Shown piece by piece: positions 59,721-64,000 of a stretch of DNA of 64,000 nucleotides (its first letter is position 1; the number at the start of each line of letters is the position of its first letter). The notes under the pieces are model-generated. The model did not search any database. It was not told where the DNA came from and worked only from the letters and a program-made list of their open reading frames with translations. This DNA is from an uncultured Solirubrobacterales bacterium (GTDB lineage Bacteria > Actinomycetota > Thermoleophilia > Solirubrobacterales > Solirubrobacteraceae). The translations under genes were made by a program, and so were the position numbers. The stretch is taken from positions 184,232-248,231 of the forward strand of contig CAWCIT010000008.1 of NCBI GenBank assembly GCA_963795745.1, given 5' to 3'.

Positions 59721-61265
59721 GTGAGCGACGAGCACAGGCGCGGTCCGACGCAGGGTCGGAGCGCCCGGACCGCCCGGCTCGGCAAGGTCGCCGCCGGCGG
59801 GGCGGTCCGCTGGGCCGGCGACCGCCTCGACGGGCGCGGCACCCCGGCCGACCGCGACCGCCGGCGGGGCGACCGGATGGTGGCGACCATCGACGCCCTC
59901 GTCGACCAGCTGTCGGTGATGCGCGGCGCGGCGATGAAGGCCGGCCAGGTCCTCTCGACCGTCGAGTTTCCCGGCCTCGAGGCCGATCAGGCCGCCTACC
60001 TGCAGGGCCGGCTGGCCTCGTTGCGCGACAGCGTCCCGCCCGTCGGCTGGCGGCAGATGCGCAAGCTCCTCGAAGCCGAATGGGGCCAGCCGGTCGACGC
60101 CGTGATGGCCGAGATCGACACCGAGCCGGCCGCGGCCGCCAGCATCGGCCAGGTCTACCGCGCCCGGACCCACACCGGCGCCGAGGTGGCGATCAAGGTC
60201 CAGTACCCCGGCATCGCCGAGGCGGTCGAATCGGACATGCGCAACCTCCGCCTGCTCTCGCCGATGCTCCGCAAGCTCATTCCCGGCGTCGAGGTCAAGG
60301 CGCTCCTGGGCGAGCTCAGCGAGCGGATCGCCGAGGAGTGCGACTACGAGCTCGAGGCGGCCAACCACCGGCGACTGCACCGCTACTGGCGCGGCCATCC
60401 GTTCGTGCTCGTTCCGGCGGTCGACGGCGATCTCAGCAACCGCCGCGTCCTGGTGACCGACTGGGTCGACGGCATGGCCTTCGACGCGGTCGCCCGCCAG
60501 GACGACGCCGTCCGCGACCGCTACGCCGAGATCCTCTACCGCTTCTTCTACGCGACGATCACCGGTCTCGGGCTCGTGCTCGGCGACCCCCATCCCGGCA
60601 ACTACCTCCTGTGTCCCGACGGGCGCGTCGCCTTCTTCGACTTCGGCATGCTTCGCCGGCTCCCGGCCGACTACCTCCGCCGCGAGGGCCTCGTCAGCCG
60701 GGCGATCCGCCGCGGCGACGCCACGCTCATGGTCGAGACCCTCCACGACCTCGGCTACCTCCCCGGCCCGACCGCCGACTGGGACGGCGAGCTCCTGCTC
60801 GACTACATGCGCGAGGCGTCCTGGTGGCTCGAGAGCCCCGACCGCCTCGAGCCCAAGGATCTCTGGCGCAGCGCGGCTCCCCTCCGCGGCGAAGCCGGCG
60901 CCGACCATATGCGCCAGCTGCGGCGCATGACCTTCCCCGCCGAGGCCCTCCTCCTGCGCCGCATGGAGGGCCTGCTGTTCCAGAGCGCGACCACGATCCG
61001 GGCCAAGGTCGCCTGGGGGCCGCTGATGCGCGAGCTCGTCGAAGGACGACCCGCCGGCCGGACCGCTCGGCGCCGAGCACGCCCGCTGGCTGGCCGGCGA
61101 GCCGTGGCCGGCCGCGGACCGGCCGGCAGCTACGACGCCGGCGCCAGCGGCCGCAGGGCCGCGCCCAGCAGCTCGGTCAGCGCCCGGCGGTGGCGGGCCA
61201 GTGCGGCCGGCGCCAGCGGGTCCTCGTCGAGCAGGCGGGCCCGGAAGCCGGCGTCCGAGAAGTAG
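59721..61265 (+). CDS. ABC1/UbiB-family atypical protein kinase
   Basis: MRGAAMKAGQVLS, AAASIGQVYRA, VAIKVQYPG, DPHPGNYL, FFDFGM: the canonical ABC1 motifs. A GTG 59721 start was chosen just after bioD. The last ~45 codons are low-complexity and overlap the convergent TetR gene, so the true 3' end is uncertain. Confidence 0.8.
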   Translation: MSDEHRRGPTQGRSARTARLGKVAAGGAVRWAGDRLDGRGTPADRDRRRGDRMVATIDALVDQLSVMRGAAMKAGQVLSTVEFPGLEADQAAYLQGRLASLRDSVPPVGWRQMRKLLEAEWGQPVDAVMAEIDTEPAAAASIGQVYRARTHTGAEVAIKVQYPGIAEAVESDMRNLRLLSPMLRKLIPGVEVKALLGELSERIAEECDYELEAANHRRLHRYWRGHPFVLVPAVDGDLSNRRVLVTDWVDGMAFDAVARQDDAVRDRYAEILYRFFYATITGLGLVLGDPHPGNYLLCPDGRVAFFDFGMLRRLPADYLRREGLVSRAIRRGDATLMVETLHDLGYLPGPTADWDGELLLDYMREASWWLESPDRLEPKDLWRSAAPLRGEAGADHMRQLRRMTFPAEALLLRRMEGLLFQSATTIRAKVAWGPLMRELVEGRPAGRTARRRARPLAGRRAVAGRGPAGSYDAGASGRRAAPSSSVSARRWRASAAGASGSSSSRRARKPASEK

Positions 61266-61801
61266 GTGAAGACGGCGCCGTAGCAGACCTGCATCAGCTC
61301 GAGCGGGTCGTGGCGCCGCAGCCGCCCGGCCGCCATCTCCCGCTCGAGAAAGACGATCGCCCGGTCGAGGAACGGCCGCAGGGCTCCGGCGATGGCGTCG
61401 TCGAGACGTTCGCCGCCGTCCATCGCCTCCCGCCGCAGGATCCGGGCGAAGTCCGGGTGACTGGCGAAGAACGCGAACCCCGCGTCGATGATCGACGCCA
61501 CCTGGTCGAACCCCTCGAGCGCCCCGGATACCGCCGCCTCGGTCTCCCGCACCCAGTCCACCACCGCGCCGGCGATGACCGCTCCGTACAGCTCGGCCTT
61601 CGAGGTGAAGTGATAGAGCAGCGTCGGATGGCTCAGCCCGGCCTGCCCGGCGATGTCCGTCAGCCGCGCGCCCTCGAAGCCCCGCTCGGCGAACTCCCGC
61701 CGCGCCGTGGCCAGAATCCGGGCGCGGGACGGCGACTCGGTCTCGGGGACGATCGCGCTCATGGCGCCGATCATAGGGCCTACCGGCGGCTCTACTGACA
61801 A
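61130..61801 (-). CDS. TetR/AcrR family transcriptional regulator
   Basis: HTH ARILATARREFAERGFEGARLTDIAGQAGLSHPTLLYHFTSKAELY. The start may be an internal ATG (MSAIV..., near 61762). Confidence 0.85.
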   Translation of the reverse strand: MSVEPPVGPMIGAMSAIVPETESPSRARILATARREFAERGFEGARLTDIAGQAGLSHPTLLYHFTSKAELYGAVIAGAVVDWVRETEAAVSGALEGFDQVASIIDAGFAFFASHPDFARILRREAMDGGERLDDAIAGALRPFLDRAIVFLEREMAAGRLRRHDPLELMQVCYGAVFTYFSDAGFRARLLDEDPLAPAALARHRRALTELLGAALRPLAPAS

Positions 61802-61830
61802 GTCAGTAGAGGCGGTATCGTCTCGGTTCC

Positions 61831-64000
61831 GTGAGCGATCAGCTCCCCCAGACGGTCGGTGAACGCCTAGCCGGCGCCACGCTCCTCCTGACCGGCGCCT
61901 CCGGCTTCGTCGCCAAGGCGGTGCTCGCCCTCGTGCTCGAAGTCGTCCCCGACTTCGCCGAGATCCGACTCCTCCTGCGCGCCGCCGACGACGACGCCGC
62001 CCTCGCTCGTCTGCGCGGGCAGATCCTCGCGTCGTCGGCCTTCGCCGCGCTGGACCCGACGGTGGCCGACGCGGCGATCGCCGCCGGACGGCTGCGAGCC
62101 TTTGCCTGCGACCTGATCGAGCATGACCTCGGTCTCGGCGACCGCCGGGCCCTCGATGACGTCGATGTGGCCGTCCACTGCGCCGCGTCCGTCAGCTTCC
62201 AGCAGCCGCTCGACGAGATGCTCGAACTCAACGTGATCGGCACCGCCAACCTCGCCGAGGCCCTGCGCCAGGCGAGCCCGGCCGTCCGCTTCGTCCATGT
62301 CTCGACCGCCTACGCCGCCGGGACGCGTACCGGACTCGTGCTCGAGCGCCCGTCGGGCCAGGGCCCGGCCGAGCCCGACCTCGACGCTCGGGCCGAGCTC
62401 GATGCCGCCCGCGCCTGGCGCCAGGCGCTCGAGGCCGACTCGCGCCTGCCCGACCATCAGGACCGCTTCGTGCGCGACGCCCGCCAGGAGATCGGTCCGG
62501 CCGGCGCGCCGACGATCGGCGCGCGGGCCGAGCAGGCCCGCAAGGCCTGGGTCTACCGCGAGCTCGTCGACCGCGGCCGGTCCCGCGCCCGGGCGCTCGG
62601 CTGGGCCGACGCCTACGCCCTGTCGAAGGCCCTCGGCGAGCGGGCGCTCGTCGCCGGCGACCTCGCCAGCCTGACCATCGTCCGCCCGTCGATCGTCGAG
62701 TCCGCCCTGCGCTCGCCGTTCCCCGGATGGATCGAGGGCCTGAAGGTGGCCGATCCGGTGATCCTCGCCTACGCCAGCGGCATGATCAGCCGCTTTCCCG
62801 GCAATCGCTCGGCCCGACTGGACATCGTTCCCGTCGACCTCGTGGCCAACGCCTGCCTGACCGCCGCCGCCCACCCGCCGGCCCGGAGTCCGCGCGTCGT
62901 CAACCTGACCAGCGGCGCCCGCAACCCGCTCAGCATCGGCGAGATCTCAGAGCTCGTGACCGACTACTTCCGCGAGCGCCCGCTCCCCGACGAGGACGGC
63001 ATGCCCGTCGAGGTGCGCGACTGGCGCTTCTCCTCGAGTGCCAGCGCCCTGCGGGCGATCGACCGCGGCGAGCGCGGGATCACGGCCGCCCGCCGGCTGC
63101 TCGACCATGTGGCGGTGCCCCGTGTCGACGACGTCGAGCGGCGCCTCCACAAGGAGCAGCGACGACTCGAGCGGTTGCGGCTGCTGGCCGACATCTACGG
63201 TCCCTACGTCGAGCTCGACTGCATGTTCGACGACCGTCACGCGCGCGAGCTCCAGGCCGAGCTCCATCCCGACGACCGCGTCCGCCTCGACTTCGACACC
63301 GCCGCGATCGACTGGCCCCGCTACCTCGCCGACGTCCACCTCCCGGCGCTCCGCGCCTTCGTTCCGGCGCCGCCGGCGCCCGCCGCCCGCCGCATCGCCG
63401 CGGGCACGACGATCGCCGACGGGCCGCCGGCGCTGGCCATCTTCGACGTCGAGGGCGTCGTCCTCGACGCCACCGTCGCCCACTTCTACGCCTGGCTGCG
63501 CGGGCGGGGGATGCCGGCACTCGACCACACGATCTGGCTCGCCGGCCTCGCCGCCCGCGTGCCCGGATACCTGCTCGCCGACCGCCGCTCCCGGGCCGAC
63601 TTCAACCGCAGCTTCTACCAGCAGTACCGCGGCCTGCCGGCCGGCGAGCTGCGCGAGCACGCCCGGGCGACCCTCAGCGACTTCATCCTCCCGCGCCTGC
63701 GCCACGACGCCGTCCGCCGGATCCGCGCCCACCGCGCGCGCGGCGACCGGGTGGTCCTCGTCACCGGCGCCCTCGACTTCATGGTCGAGCCACTGCGCCA
63801 CCTGGCCGACGAGCTGATCGCCGCCCGCCTGACCGAGCGCCGCGGGGCGTTCACCGGCGAGCTGGCCGAGCCGCCGCTGAGCGCCGACGGTCGCGCCTCC
63901 CTGGCCGCCCGCCTGGCCGCCGAGCACGACGTCGAGCTGGCGGCCTGCCACGCCTACGGCGACAGCATCAGCGACCTGCCGCTGCTCGAGCTCGTCGGCC
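61831..64000 (+). CDS. Fatty acyl-CoA/ACP reductase (NAD_binding_4, extended SDR) fused to a HAD-IB (SerB-like) hydrolase domain; the 3' end is outside the window
   Basis: This gene is not in the ORF track because it has no stop in the window. My translation from GTG 61831 reads LLLTGASGFVAKAVL (TGxxGxxG), HCAASVSF, VSTAYAAG and YALSKALGE (YxxxK). From about 63430 it reads LAIFDVEGVVLD (HAD motif I, DxD-like), VVLVTGAL and YGDSISDLPLL (motif III). The long shadow ORFs 61867..62874(-) and 62947..63951(-) lie opposite it. Confidence 0.8.
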   Translation, partial: MSDQLPQTVGERLAGATLLLTGASGFVAKAVLALVLEVVPDFAEIRLLLRAADDDAALARLRGQILASSAFAALDPTVADAAIAAGRLRAFACDLIEHDLGLGDRRALDDVDVAVHCAASVSFQQPLDEMLELNVIGTANLAEALRQASPAVRFVHVSTAYAAGTRTGLVLERPSGQGPAEPDLDARAELDAARAWRQALEADSRLPDHQDRFVRDARQEIGPAGAPTIGARAEQARKAWVYRELVDRGRSRARALGWADAYALSKALGERALVAGDLASLTIVRPSIVESALRSPFPGWIEGLKVADPVILAYASGMISRFPGNRSARLDIVPVDLVANACLTAAAHPPARSPRVVNLTSGARNPLSIGEISELVTDYFRERPLPDEDGMPVEVRDWRFSSSASALRAIDRGERGITAARRLLDHVAVPRVDDVERRLHKEQRRLERLRLLADIYGPYVELDCMFDDRHARELQAELHPDDRVRLDFDTAAIDWPRYLADVHLPALRAFVPAPPAPAARRIAAGTTIADGPPALAIFDVEGVVLDATVAHFYAWLRGRGMPALDHTIWLAGLAARVPGYLLADRRSRADFNRSFYQQYRGLPAGELREHARATLSDFILPRLRHDAVRRIRAHRARGDRVVLVTGALDFMVEPLRHLADELIAARLTERRGAFTGELAEPPLSADGRASLAARLAAEHDVELAACHAYGDSISDLPLLELVG

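Noticed and set aside
1-64000. A search for rRNA, tRNA, tmRNA or riboswitch-like conserved structures in the intergenic regions
   Set aside because: I saw no cloverleaf-compatible 70-90-nt segments and no rRNA-like conserved blocks. The intergenic regions are short, apart from 35090-35460 and 39431-39800. The latter looks like an IS110 5' leader.

Overview
This is a 64-kb window from a visibly very GC-rich chromosome that looks Actinomycetota-like. I estimate about 70% GC by eye and did not compute it. Coding density is high, and many adjacent genes are joined by 1-4 nt stop/start overlaps (ATGA, GTGA, TGATG). Most long Arg/Pro/Gly-rich ORFs in the six-frame track are shadow frames of real genes.

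Core blocks:
- FNR, an HhH-GPD glycosylase, a GH-A-like lipoprotein, and erpA / bolA-grxD.
- An orphan zinc-finger (HxxxCxxC) anti-sigma-like Pro/Ala-rich membrane protein full of tandem repeats.
- DegV.
- A holin-X/DUF3618 small-membrane-protein cluster.
- TetR with a nitrilase-superfamily hydrolase, and a SAM methyltransferase.
- A MerR/CoA-transferase/enoyl-CoA hydratase unit divergent from an acyl-CoA dehydrogenase/SDR unit.
- plsC and glpK.
- Nitrate assimilation: a nasA-flavoprotein fusion, nirB and nirD, divergent from glnA, with narK nearby.
- A YdbS/YdbT-like PH-domain pair, a GT2, and a stand-alone biotinyl-domain protein.
- bioB-bioF-bioD, an ABC1/UbiB kinase, a TetR, and a fatty-acyl-CoA-reductase/HAD fusion that runs off the 3' end.

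Two accessory regions stand out:
1. 16.5-27.96 kb, all on the minus strand. Two giant secreted proteins (Ig-like and IPT repeats; a 7-fold Cys-pair propeller-like domain) share a C-terminal module. They are followed by an orphan mau-like redox/maturation trio: a MauE-thioredoxin fusion, a Tat-exported MauA-like Cys-rich protein, and a DsbD_2/MauF-like membrane protein fused to a propeller-like domain. No dehydrogenase heavy chain, MauG or amicyanin is in the window. This is my best candidate for an undescribed system.
2. 30.3-43.0 kb. This is an IS-ridden island with IS256, IS110, IS3, IS1380 and IS4-like pieces and an Mrr remnant. It holds a duplicated PAS-LuxR regulator, with both copies damaged in different ways. 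It also holds a surface protein with novel QCN-type Cys-hairpin repeats, a frame-broken PVVTPP stalk and an LPXTG signal. That gene sits behind a low-GC leader carrying three 21-22 bp phased direct repeats.

I recognised no rRNA, tRNA or CRISPR array. All family calls come from motif recognition by eye. No database search was run.
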